Source of the DNA: the human T2T-CHM13v2.0 reference genome, Homo sapiens
Direction: 5' to 3' (one strand)
NCBI RefSeq assembly: GCF_009914755.1
Contig: NC_060943.1
DNA: 64,000 nt
Both the position numbers and the translations under genes were made by a program. Within the stretch, counting starts at the first letter, position 1, and each line of letters starts with the position of its first letter. Positions 39,202 to 60,910 of the stretch are shown here, one piece after another. Under the pieces are notes generated by a model. That model worked only from the letters and a program-made list of their open reading frames with translations. It was not told the origin of the DNA and searched no databases.

Positions 39202-40639
39202 AGTTAAAACATTATATCTATGATACATTCTGAATAAAACATTAGCAAAATGTGCTTCAAGCAGATAATGTGAGTTCTACTAAAGAATATGTTACTCTAC
39301 TTCTGTTGATTAAACTCTTCACTCTGACAACTACTCTCTCTTCAGTTTTTCTTTTTCTTCTTTAGATGGAGTTTTGTTCTTGTTGCCCAGGCTGGAGTGC
39401 AGTGGCATGATCTTGGCTCACCACAACCTCCGCCTCCTGGGTTCAAGCACTCTCCTGCCTCAGCCTCCCAAGTAGCTGGGATTACAGGCACCTGCCACCA
39501 CGCCCGGCTAATTTTGTATTTTTAGTACAATTGGGGTTTCTCCATGTTGGTCAGGCTGGTCTCGAACTCCCGACCTCAGGTGATCCACCTGCCTCAGCCT
39601 CCCAAAGTGCTGGGATTACAGGTGTGAGCCACCGCGCCTGGCCTCTCTCTTCAATTTCAAAACAAGATCAATTTTTCATCACTCTTTGCTAAACAACAGG
39701 TATTGCTCTTTGATGCATAAGAGGGCGACCTTTTCCCCTGCAGTATTTCTACCACACAATCAGTGTCTAATTACCTATTACTCTCCTCCCACAAAAATCC
39801 CAATGTCCTAAGGTCTTGGCCTGCTCCATTTCATGTTCAGTTGATAGACCATTTCTTTCCTCTAAGCCACAGTACTCTCCTGGTAGGAGAAAGGCACCCT
39901 GAACATTATCAGAATGGTGAGTGACATCATAGTTTTACATTGTTTTTCGCCACTCCCAAATGCTAATTCAGATGATACTTAATTTTAAAAGCAAAGTCCT
40001 CCTTCTTCACAAATTGGATAGAAATAATCCTTCACCTAATCAATGATCTTCACCCAATCAATGATCCTTCCATCCCAATGATCTTTCCAAGAAAGCACCA
40101 TGGAAGGTGTGTAAGGATGCACAATAAGATTTCAAAGTTCACATTGAAACGCAATAGTAGGCTTTCCAAAAAACCTCAAATAACTCAGTGAAACATTTCA
40201 TAAGGTGAAGGTAACTGACTGCCTACAAATATCCTGCAACCTTTTCGTATGTGAGTTAAAAATATATAATTTTTAGCATATTTGGACTTGTGAGTATTCT
40301 ACAGTGTATAATATCAAAGGCAAACAGGGAAACCAGAGACTGTTATTCCTCCTAGGAATCCTCACTTACCATCGGTCACTGGGTAATGGCCTCAGGATGC
40401 ATATTACATTTGTTTCGTTTCATCAAAGATATAAATCTTGATGCCTAGTAACCTGCGAGGCCTGGATAGACCCTCTGCCACATATGTTTACATGATGTCT
40501 CTTGCTTATGGCCTCTCATATCTATTAATGCTTCAACTCATGAGGGATTGGCCACTGTCACTACATTTGTAAGGATTCTGTCAAGAATGAAATTAACTGA
40601 TGTGAAAGGAGTGAACTGTACCTAATGACCTCACCACAC

Positions 40640-42883
<2,244 letters not shown>

Positions 42884-42967
42884 TTACATTGAAAACATAT
42901 TCCACCAAAAGTAATACTTATATTGAACAGACTTTGGAACTTCAGAACTGTGAATTTCAATTGTTAG

Positions 42968-43213
<246 letters not shown>

Positions 43214-43527
43214 TGAGCCGCCTGCCTCGGCCTCCCAAAGTGCTGGAATTACAGGCGTGAGTCACTGTGCCCAGCCAAAAGTAGTATTTTTTAACAAAGA
43301 AAATGCAGTTACATGTAATTCAAATATTTGGGAAGGGCTGGCTGTTGTGGCTCATGCCTGTAATCCCAATGCTTTGGGAGCCTAAGGTGGGAGGATCACA
43401 GGAGGCCACGAGGTTGAGACCAGCCTGGGCAACACAGCAAGACTCCATCTCTACAAAAACAAAATAATTTAAAAATTAGGCCAGGTGTGGTGGCTTATGC
43501 CTGTAATCCCAGCACTTTGGGAGGCTA

Positions 43528-43816
<289 letters not shown>

Positions 43817-45098
43817 TCAAGAGGCTGAGGGTGCTGGGTGCGGTGGCTCACACCTGTAATCCCAACACTTTGGGAGGCCGAGGCGGGTGGATCACCTGAG
43901 GTCAGGAGTTCGAGACCAGCCTGGTCAACATGGCAAAACTCTGTCTCTGCTAAAAATATAAAAAATTGGCTGGGTGTGGTAATGGGCACCTGTAATCCCA
44001 GCAACTTGGGAAGCTGAGGAAGGAGAATTGCTTGAACTCAGGAGGTGAGGTTGCGCCACTGCACTCCAGCCTGGGGCAACAAGAGCAAAACTCCGTCTCA
44101 TCAAAAAAAAAAAAAAAAAAAAGGCTGAGGCATGAGGATTGCCTTAGCCCAAGAGTTCAAGGTTACAGTGAGCTATGATTGTACCACTGCACTACAGCCT
44201 TAGAGACAGTGAGATGTCTTAAAAAATAAAAAAATAAAAAAAAAATCGGGCAGCCTAGATTCAAACTACCTATGACCGAAACACTCACGTTGTGAATCCT
44301 ATGTTAGCCATCAGAGGATTATTTTTCCACGCTGACCTCACGGCACATACCAATTGGCCAAAAACATATGGCTATCTCAATTGAAGAAAAATAAGTTATA
44401 CACATTTAAAGCATATTTATTATGTACAAATACATACTAAAGTACAACATAATATATTATAATGGCAAAGAGCTCACAGGAAACATAATTAAGAAGCGGG
44501 AATTTTGAACTGCAAAACCATCATAGCACTAGGAAAATGAACATTCAATAAAACTATGTCAGAAAAAAATGTGTTGAAATACTTGTTATATAACTATCTA
44601 TATCCACACAGAGCAGATAATTTTGCAGCATTAGTAAGTGGTACATGACAGTTATATTTCTTTCTTTCTTTTTTTTTTTTTTTAGACAGAGTCTTGCTCT
44701 GCTCCCCAGGCTGGAGTGTAGTGCTGCGATCTTGGCTTGCTGCAACCCCCGCCTCCAGGGTTCAAGTGATTCTCCTGCCTCAGTCTCCCGAATAGCTGGG
44801 ACTGCAGGCATGTGCCATCACGCCTGGCTAATTTTTGTATTTTTAGTAAAGACAGGATTTCACCATGTTGGTCGGGCCGGTCTCGAACTCCTGACCTTGT
44901 TATCTGCCTGCCTCTGCCTCCCCAAGTGCTGGGATTATAGGCGTGAGCCTCCATACCTGGCCTGACAGTTATATTTCACAATACCTGCTGAAAACCATAA
45001 TGTATTCATTTTATGAAAATCAACTAATAAGATATTCTAGCAGCCTATGATAAAATGAATTGAGAGGAATAACTGCATATATAAAATGTTCTTGTTTA

Positions 45099-45478
<380 letters not shown>

Positions 45479-45745
45479 TTAGAACCAACACAATAAGAAC
45501 TGGAATATGATTTTTTAAAAAATTCTATATTGACAAATTATAGTTATATATATTTACAGGAAACAAACTGATATTCTGTTATAGGTATACAATATGGACT
45601 GATGGAAACAAGCCTATTACCATATAAGTCATCTCAAAAACCTATCATTTACTCCTAATGTTTTCACCCAGTGACCAACATCTCCCTATTCCCTCCAGTC
45701 CCCAACCTGTGGTAACCCACATTCTACTCTTTGCTGCTATTAGTT

Positions 45746-46110
45746 TTATTGGTTTAGATTCCAAATGTAAGTGAGAACATGCAGTACTTGTATTTCTGTG
45801 CTGAAGCCTGGAAAAACAGAATACGCACCCCATGTAAGACTGAGGATCAATGACAGAAGGATTTTGTTAGGTGTCTTTACGGTTATGCTGAGAACAATGT
45901 TAGAAGATAGAACCCACTCGCTTATCACACACCCCCATGAAAGTGGCAAAAGCAGAATGGAAGAAATGGCCGAGGGACCTCGACAGGCGGAGACGGCTGG
46001 AGACTCTTCCATGAGGTTTGGGGCAGCAGATGCCAAGGAGCAGCAGCCAATGTTTCCATCTCCTGAGCAGGTCTTCCACGCACAGGAAATGGGGTGGAAC
46101 ATAAACAGGT
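45746..46110 (-). other. ZNF160: Candidate alternative terminal exon of ZNF160 (KRAB-only isoforms)
   Basis: Two AG|ACCTG acceptors (46110, 46072), each opening a frame after KRAB-B. AATAAA at 45745-45750. Confidence 0.55.
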
Positions 46111-46252
46111 CTAGACGTCAGGACTAAGGACTATGGAGGCTTCCCCTCTGACCCATATGGACTAAGAACTGAGCACCATATGGAATTAAATACAGAGGGA
46201 GAGACCAAGAAAGAAAGCAGTTTCTTCAGAAGGAACCATAGAGTTCAAATGA

Positions 46253-46531
<279 letters not shown>

Positions 46532-46640
46532 TAGTAGAGATAGGGTTTCACAATGTTGGTCAGGCTGGTCTCGAACTCCTGACCTCAAGTGATCTGCCCA
46601 CCTTGGCCTCCCTAAGTGTTGAGATTACAGGCGTGAGCTA

Positions 46641-46835
<195 letters not shown>

Positions 46836-47067
46836 TTATAAAAAGAAAGGATCACAATGTGCCGGGGCTTTTCCAGAATCCCAGCCCTATGTTTACATGA
46901 GAGGACATTATATGTGGATCTAAGAAAACTTCAAAAATTCATCCACTGGGCCAGGCGCGGTGGCTCATGCCTGTAATGCCAGCATTTTGGGAAGCTGAGG
47001 TGGGTGGATCACAAGGTCAGGAGATGGAGATCATGATGGCTAACATGGTGAAACCCTGTCTCTACTA

Positions 47068-47313
<246 letters not shown>

Positions 47314-47490
47314 CTATTCCACCAACAACTTAATCCAAAGCAGAGAGGTAGAAAACAGGAAATCTGACATTTCAAAAGTCTAACACAATGTATTATGCAT
47401 ACAAAAGCTCTGAAACCTCAAATGATGAAGTACAAAGGAGGCAGAACATCTGAGAAAGGGGAAGATTAAAGTCCAGGTTTCCCATGATTA

Positions 47491-47748
<258 letters not shown>

Positions 47749-47949
47749 CTAAAATGAAAAACACATTTCACCAAGTGGCTAAGGGGAGAGTTCAAAATTT
47801 CACATAAAAGGAGAAGAGGAGAAAAATGTGAGAATAGGTTAAATTGAAGTGGGTGAGCTGACAGATCCAGATTGTGACAATGTGACATACAGATTTGGTC
47901 TTCATCCCCCTCTCCTGACATAAGAGCTCACTTGAAATCAGTGGAGTGA

Positions 47950-48640
47950 TAAGTATCTTTTTGTACATTAATGGGATAATTGGTGTCTGGAGCACCTAGG
48001 TAGCTTCAGGATGGAGGGCGGTCACCGGAACTAAGGCTCGGTGGGTGGTCACTGGAAAGGCTGAGGCTCGGTTAGACTAAGCCTCTGTCCTCTCGGGAGG
48101 ACAGAGGGAATGAAAGTTCAGTTGATCACCAATGCCAATAATGGAAGCAAGGCCTCCATAATGGGGCCTCCATGAAAACTCAAAAAAGACAGAATACATG
48201 AGAGAATACATCCCAGCTCCTCACTCCTTTCCCATATCTCAACTAATAGATCACTTCCATCTAGATGTTCATCTGTGTGCTTTGTAGCATCTTCTATAAT
48301 AAATGGGTAAATATAAGTGTTTCCCTGTGTTATGTGAGCCACTCAAGCAAACTAATCAATTTCAAGGAGGGGGTCATCAGAATTCACAATTCACAGCTGG
48401 TCATTGAGAAGCACAGGCCACAACTTGTGTTTGTGACTGGCATTAATGTGTGTGCGCTGTTGTGGGATTGAGCCCTCAGCCTATGGGAGCTGACCCTATA
48501 TCCAGATAGACAGTGTCAGAATGGAATCAAATATGAGAACACCCATTTGGTGTCTGTTGCAGAATTGTTTATTTGATGTGTAGAGGAAAACCCAATACAT
48601 CCAAAATCACAGAAGTATTTGTATTATGGAAGCAAAGCAG
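47950..48640 (+). mobile_element. MER21-like LTR remnant
   Basis: Characteristic ATAAATGGGTAAATATAAGTGTTTCCCTG...GTGAGCCACTCAAGCAAACTAATC...GGAGGGGGTC; the same type of block recurs at ~61590-61670. Confidence 0.55.
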
Positions 48641-48995
48641 GAGAAACTGAGTCTGTTTTTCCCATATTTTCCTACGCATTAAGGACTTTTGAGCAAGTTA
48701 TGTCTCCCTAATTCTGTCTTATTATTCTTTTACCTAAGAGGTTGTGATATCCTCTATATCAGTGTCGATTTCTCAGTTTTATGGGCAATAAGTATACAAA
48801 TAAAAAACAGAAAACAAGGTTATCTCTATGGAAGTGTTAGACATTATGTTTGACATACTGAGTGATATTCAATAACTACATGAACTAAATAAGCACAACT
48901 GGTATCTTAAGAAATGATAATGCGGCCGGGCGTGGCGGCTCACGCCTGTAATCCAGCACTTTGAAAGGCCGAGGCGGGTGGATTACTTGAGGTCA

Positions 48996-52290
<3,295 letters not shown>

Positions 52291-52309
52291 GTAAAACAGT
52301 ATGCCTGTG

Positions 52310-54850
52310 ACAAGTCCTAGCCAGAGCAATCAGGCGAGAGAAACAGAAGGCATTCAAACAGAAAGAGGGCTGCATGCAGTAGTTTGCACCTGTAATCACA
52401 TCACTGTGGGAGGCCAAGGTGAGAGGGTAGTTTGAGTCCAGGAGTTCGAGACCAACATGGGCAACATAGTGAGACTCTGTCTCTATTTTTTAGCAACGAC
52501 AACAAAAACAACAAACGAAAAGGAAAAGGAGGAAGTCAAATTATCTCTCTGAGAAGGATATGATTCTGTATCTAAAAAACCCTAAAGATTCCACTAAAAG
52601 ACTCCTAGACCTGATAAATGACTTCAGCAAAGTCTCAGGATTTAAAATCAAGGTACAAAAATCAGCAGTACTTTTTTTTTTTTTTTTGAGATGGAGTTTC
52701 GCTCTTGTTGCCCAGGCTGGAGTGCGATCTTGGCTCACCACAACCTCTGCCTCCCCGGTTCAAGCAATTCTCCTGCCTCAGCCTTCCTAAGTAGCTGGGA
52801 TTACAGGCATGCACCACCACGCCCGGCTAATTTTGTATTTTTAATAGAGACTGGGTTTCTCCATGTTGGTCAGGCTGCTCTTGAACTCCCGACCTCAGGT
52901 GATCCGCCTGCCTTGGCCTCCCAAAGTGCTGGGATTACAGGCGTGAGCCACTGTGCCCGGCCCAGTCAGCAGTACTCTTAAACGCCAATAATGTTCAAGC
53001 TGAGAAACACATCATCAAGAATGCAATCCTATTAAAAATAGCCACACCCCCCAAAAAATGACTAGGAGTATGTCTAACCAAGGTTGTGAACTATCTCTAT
53101 GAGGAGAACTACAAAATACCAGTGAAAGAAATCAGACAACACGAACAAATGGAAAAGCATTTCATGCTCATGGGTTGAAAGAATCAATATCAATGAAATG
53201 TCCAAACTGCCCAAAGCAATCTATAGATTCAACAGTATTCCTATTAAATGACCAACATCACTTTTCACAGAATTAGAAAAAACTTCTAAAATGTATATGA
53301 AAGCAAAAAAGAGCTCAAAGAGCCAAGACAATCCTAAGCAAAAGGAATAAAGCTGGATGCATCACATTACCTGACTTCAAACCATATTGCAAGGCTACAG
53401 TAAACAAAACAGCATGGTACTGGTATAAAAACAGACACATATACCAATGGAATAGAACAGAGACCCCTAAAATAAAGGCCCACACCTCCAACCAACTGAT
53501 CTTCAAGAAAATGAACAAAAATAAACAATGAGGAAAGGATACCCTATTCAATAAGTGGTGCTGGGAAAACTGGCTAAACATATGCAGAAGAATGAAACTG
53601 GATCCCTATCTCTCACCATATAAAAAAATTAACTTGAGATGGATTAAATACTTAATATAAGACCTCCAACTATAAAAATCTTAAAAGCAAACCTAGGAAA
53701 TACTCTTCTAAGACTTTGGCCTAAGCAAAGAATTTATGAAGACCTCATAATATATGCAGCAAAATAAATGCAGCAAATAAAAGGAATTTATGAAGACCTC
53801 ATAATAAATGCAGCAAAATAAAAAATAGACAAGTGGAACTTAATTAAAGAGCTTGTACACAGAAAAACAAACTATCAACAGAGTAAACAATCTACAGAAT
53901 GGGAGAAAATACTTGCAAACTACGCGTCTGACGAATAACTAATATCCAGAATCTATAAGAAACATAAGCAAATCAACAAGAAGAAGACAAATCACCCCAC
54001 TAAAAAGTGGGAAAATAGCATAAACAGACACTTCTCAAAAGAAGTCGTACTATTGGCCAACAAGCGTATGAAAAAATGCTCAACACCCCGATCATCAGAG
54101 AATGCAAATCAAAACCATAATGAGACACCATTTCATACCAGGCATAATGGCTATTACTAAAAAGTAAAAAAAAAACAACAAATATTGACAAGGCTTCAGA
54201 AAAAGGAAACACTTTTACACTCATACACTTATGGGAATGCAAATTTGTTCAGACCTTGTGGAAAGCAGTTTGGAGATTTCTCAAAGACTAAAAATAGAAT
54301 TACAATTCAACCCAGCAATCCCATTACTGGATATGTACCCAAAGGAAAATAGATTGTTCTATCAAAAAGACACCTATATTCATATGTTTATTGCAGCACC
54401 ATTTACAATAGCAAAGACATGGAATCAACCTTGGTGACCATCAAGTGGATCAGATAAAGAAAATATAGTAGACATATACCCTATGGAATATTATACAGCC
54501 ATAAAAAAACAAAATCATGTCCTTTGCAACAACATGGATGCAGCTGGAGGCCGTTATCCCTAGCGAATTAATGCACAAATAGAAAAACAAATACCGCATG
54601 TTCTCACAATGGCAGCTAAACACTGGGTGCACACAAACACAAAGATGAGAACAACAGACACTGGCAACTCCAAAAAGGAAGAGGAAGGAAGAGGGGAAGG
54701 GCTGAAAAACTATCTATCGGGTACTATGTTCACTACTTGGGTGATGGGATCTTTGGAAGACTAAACCTCAACATCACAAAATATACCCATGTAAGAAACC
54801 TCACGTGTACCCCCTGAATCTAAAATAAATAGTTTAAAATGAATCAAATA
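52310..54850 (+). mobile_element. 5'-truncated L1 (L1PB/L1MA-like): ORF2 3' part and 3' UTR
   Basis: AAGTCCTAGCCAGAGCAATCAGG; D(D)[30 protein letters not shown]; CAAAACAGCATGGTACTGGTA; 3' end GTACCCCCTGAATCTAAAATAAA. Confidence 0.85.
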
Positions 54851-55259
54851 AAAGTACGTACCAATGTACACAAAAAAATTCAAATCCATGAGACATATTC
54901 TGTGGAAAAATGAAATTGTTTTTCCTACTATAATCTCAGAAAATGCTTCTAAAATCAGATGTGGCCAGGTGCAGTGGCTCATGCCTATAATCCCAGCACT
55001 TTAGGAGGCCAAGGCAGGAGTACTGCTTGAGCTCAAGAGACCAGCCTGGGAAATACAATGAAACCTCATCTCTACAAAAAAATCAAGCTGGGCATGGTGG
55101 TGCGTGCCTATAGTCTCAGTTACTCCAGAGGCTAAGGTGGGAGGATCACTTGAGCCCCAGAGATCAAGGCTGCAGTCAGCTGTGATCACACGACTGGACT
55201 CCAGCCTGGACAACAGAGTAAGAGCCTCTCAAAACAATAAACAAACAAACAAATAATAA

Positions 55260-56010
55260 ATAAACAGATGTATAGTTTTCCCCTATGCCAGCAAGCAATC
55301 AATTGTGCAGCAGACACCGCCTGGGTATCCTCCAACCCCAGTTCAGTTTCAATACCATCTACCTGGAGATAGTGGCAAATCCCACAGGTTGAGGGTTCAG
55401 TCCCACTTCGGGTGCCAACAGCAAGCCCCAGGTTGTTTTTCCTGTGCTTTTGACAGACTATTAATCAGGGTTCCTGTAACTCCCTCATTGGGTTCAATTA
55501 ATTTGCTAGACCTCACAGACCTCAGGGAGACACTTTATGTACATTTACCCATTTATTATAAAGGATATTACAATGAATACATATGAAGAGATGCATACAG
55601 TGAAGTATTGGAAAAGGGGTTGGAACTTCTATGCCCTCCCTGAGTATGCCACCCTCAGGAATCTCCACGTGTTCACCTAAACTGAAGCTCTCTGAACCAT
55701 GTGCTTTTGTGTTTTCATAGAAACTTCATGAAGTAGGCATGATTAAACCATTGGCCACTGGTGATCAACTTAACCTTCGTCGCCTCTCCCCCTCCCTGGT
55801 AGCTGAGGAGTGGAGTTTAAAGCCCCAATCTTCCAATCTTGCCTTGGATATTCTGGCAACTCAGGCCCCATCCTGAAGCTTGTTGGAGGCTGCCAGCTAT
55901 CAGTCAATGCATCAGCATGCAAAAAGACAACACTTCGGAAACTCTATAGATTTTAGGAGCTGTATATGCCAGGAACTGGGTCAAAGACAAAGGCCATGTG
56001 AACAATCCAC
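55260..56010 (-). mobile_element. MER21/LTR-like remnant
   Basis: Contains the reverse complement of the motif at ~48300 (ACATTTACCCATTTATTATAAAGGAT). Confidence 0.5.
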
Positions 56011-56424
56011 TGGTAGATAAAGATAAAGCATACCATTTCATTTCGTTAAGGCCTTCCAAAATAAGATAAATTGAACGAATAATTGAGAAAGGGGTAAGCA
56101 ACGAAAGATTATTTTTACAGTAGAATAATGTGTAATCGAAAGGAAGACAACAGTGCGTATATAAAGAATTAAACCAAGCCGGGCACAATGGCTCATGCCC
56201 ATAATCCCAGCACTTTAGGAGGCACAGTCAGGAGGATGGCTTGGGCCCAGGAGTTTGAGACCAGCCTGGGCAACATAGTGAGACCCTGTCTCTACAAAAA
56301 ACAAAAACATAAAAAATTATCTGGGTGTGGCAGCACACAACCGTAGTCCCAGCTACTCAGGAGACTGAGGTGGGACAATTGCTTAGGCCAAGGAGGTCAA
56401 GGCTACAGTGAGCCATGACTGTAC

Positions 56425-57037
56425 TGTAACCAAGTACGCTCATTTTTCTAAGAAAAAGGGAGTGAGTTATTATTTTTTTCTCTTATTTTCTCCTTTCCCC
56501 ATTTTCCCCTGTTCCCTACTTCCTACTTAGCCCTTTAGAAATACACTTATAACCTTTTACCTCCCCTTCAGCAGACACTCTCTACAGGGCAAGTTCATCC
56601 AACTATGTGCTTCGAGCTCCAGAGGGGAATCTCACTTGCCAGGAGGTTACATCGAGAAACAGCAATCAATCTACACCCCAAAGTCCTGCTACAAAACTCT
56701 CTCCCACCCGGAGAGTTTCAGCCACTTTTACAACCCAGTTCTGCCCACGAAGGCACCAGTGGCTGCCAGCTCAACCCCCTGGTACATAAGGCACAGAAGC
56801 AAGTTAGGGGGACACCCACCTGCTCGCTTCCTCTCCTTAGTGCCATTCATGCCAAGCCCGCCTTTTAAAAGCGCCTGCTTTCTGCTCCAAAAGCAATGCA
56901 GTACCTTACGGCAGGAAGCCTGTACTTCTTCCCCTAAGCTAGCTTTGGAATAAAAAGTCACTGTCTTTCTACCAGACCTTGCTCTTGTTAACTGGACTCT
57001 GCAAGCAGCGAGCAACTGAACCTGCATGTCAGTGACA
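56425..57037 (+). mobile_element. Solo ERV LTR inserted within an old Alu
   Basis: TGTAACC...GTGACA ends, TTTTAAAAG box at ~56863, AATAAA at ~56949. Alu right-arm sequence resumes after it. Confidence 0.65.
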
Positions 57038-58364
57038 GAGCCGCCGTGCTCCGGCCTCGCTCCAGCAACAGGGTGAGACCCTGTCTCAAAAAATGTAGTA
57101 AAAGTTAAAAAGAAAATAAACCGCAGAATACAACACAGCTCCTGAATTCCAGGAACAGAAAATGGAGCAAAGTATAAAAATTCATTTCATATATACACAT
57201 CCACAAAGTAATGCAACCCACTCAGACTCACAAGGAATAAGAAAATGAAAATAAAATGGGTTGCATTATCCCCGGATTTTCATAATATAAAATGAACACA
57301 GTGGCAAGTTTGCTTAATGAGGGGGAAATCTGACGTGGCATTGGTGGGAGAGGGCACCTCTGCACCTGGGGTAGGGATAGAATCTTGCCAGATCTAGCAA
57401 CACAGGAAATGTGCCATCCTAGAAGAGATCACTCTTCCAATCGTCCAGCCTGGAGGAACTCTCCACGATCCATAGTGAAGTCGGCATGGTCACAGGCAGC
57501 CAGGGTGGCACCTTTTTTTTTTTTTTTGAGACAAGGTCTTGTTCTATCACTCAGGCTGAAGTGCAGTGGCACTATCATGGCTCACTGCAGCCTCAATCTC
57601 TGGGGCTCAAATGATCCTCCCACCTTGGCTTCCACAAGTGCTGGGATTACAGGTGTGAGCCACCATGCAGCACCCTGTGTGGCATTCTTTATAGAAGTGA
57701 GAAAGTTAAAAGATCCACCTGTCTTCATTCCCAGCATGCTCCAACAAGGATGTAGAAAAGTGAGCTCCTGTTTCCTAACACGAAAACATGTCAATGTTCA
57801 AAACTTGCAGGTTAACATATCACAACCAAACATTCACTGAGGAATTTGTTTAAATCTCATAATGATGTCAAAATACATTTCTACAGGACTTGCACTGACC
57901 CTTCCCACAGAATTGAGAACAGTGGCTCCCCACTAAGATGTGAGGGAGGGTGGAAGGCTGGACAGGAAAAGGGATGCTTTACCTCTTGGCACATAAATGT
58001 ATCATTTCACTATAAAAGAAATATATACATGATGCCATGTTCAAAATAAAAGAAACAAAATGTTGACTCATAACTGGTAAAACAAAAATACAGTTCCATT
58101 CTCTCTAATGGCAAGGTTGTTCTGCTTATATGCCATTCTCACCTACAATACCCGACGGACAAAGGTTCTTGTAAGAACATCACAGTCTCCATGGGATAGA
58201 GCTTCTGAGACTAGTTTAATGAATCTTGTTACACATTTATGTTGACGTCATACATTAAAATGGATGATGGAATGAAAGAATCATCTATCTCCAATGTCAG
58301 TGTCTAAACTTTCCATTCTGTTCCCAGTCTTTACGAGTTTGGAGTCGGAAACCCAATGACTCAC

Positions 58365-58665
58365 TTGTTCGGCTTCAAATGCAGTTACCAATGAGGCAGG
58401 AAAGCTTTCCCCTTAGTGTTCTTTTCTATGCCAGTGAGCAGGTACGTGTGCACCTGACTTCATGGGCAGCTTCTGTTATCATGGTTTACACAGCGCTGAC
58501 AGTGCATCCAGATGCGGCCCCTGAGCAATCCCTGCTGCCCAACAGCACTGACACCACAGGACCCTCACCCCGTCTCCATCCATGTCTGGGTGTGAGCCCT
58601 TCCCAGGACCATGCCCAGTGCAGCCTCTTCCCAAGTTCATGTCACTGGATCACGGGAGATGGAAT
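58365..58665 (-). other. ZNF160: Candidate 301-nt cassette (frameshifting) exon in the ZNF160 intron
   Basis: Acceptor CTCTCATCTCGTTTAG|ATTCC and donor ACAA|GTGAGT. Both sites are conserved in copy A (7658-7966). Confidence 0.5.
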
Positions 58666-58817
58666 CTAAACGAGATGAGAGGGACTGAGGGAAGGCGCGG
58701 GTGAGTGCTAGCAAACATGTCAGGCAGGACGCTTCAGACTCAGAGAAGATTCGCAATGCCAATGCCAGGCATTTCAGGAAGAAATAAAAGAACAATCCAC
58801 CAGGAGTATCACTTTAC

Positions 58818-58832
58818 CTGAGTAAGGGCCAT
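58818..58832 (-). CDS. ZNF160: ZNF160 first coding segment MALTQ (exon ~58818-58912)
   Basis: GGGATGGCCCTTACTCAG|GTAAAG. Coding lengths 15+127+129+2186 = 2457 nt = 818 aa plus stop, all phases compatible. Confidence 0.92.
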
Positions 58833-59519
58833 CCCTGACTCCTTTTCTTTCCTCTTCCTCTTCTTCCAGACTTCTTCCTTGGGTAACATAAAAGAGTCTT
58901 TAGAAGTCAATACTGAATATCCAAAATATGCTGCTTAGGGCTGAGAATCTATACATCCCCTTCATGTGCCACAGTCACATGCACAGATCTCACCCTGTGG
59001 AAAGATGGTCCTCTGCGCCCCACTGCACCAGGGGGAATACGGGGACGAGAAACTCCTACAGGAAGAAGTGAGTTTCTGACCCCTTTCTTCAGAACCCACC
59101 CTCCTCCTGGAGAAGCCCACACACACTGCAGCAGTGGGGAGCTGGGCTGGACTGAGCTCCCCTTTAGGACACAGACCCAGCCCTGACCAAACCCCATGCA
59201 GAACACAGCCCCCCTCACCTCTCTGTGGATCCCAGGCTGAGCTCAGCCTTCAGAAACAAAAGACAGTGATTGGTACTATGCTGGCTACAGAATAGAGTCA
59301 ACTTTAAATATTACTCAGCTGGGCTCTAAAACACTGAAATGAAAATACGTCAAGGGGGCACAAGAGATGTTTCTGCAAAACGCCTAGGCACTCTAATATG
59401 AAGCCAGGGTTGAGCTCCACTGAGGGGGTGAGCCCAGCACAGCCCCACCTTCTGGCTCTGCTCTCCTGTTGGGGACTTGTTCTCACCAGGATCCAGACTG
59501 GATATTGAAGGAGCAAAAA

Positions 59520-60910
<1,391 letters not shown>

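Noticed and set aside
53728-53830. Local direct repeat GAATTTATGAAGACCTCATAATA.ATGCAGCAAAATAAA
   Set aside because: Slippage duplication inside a dead L1.
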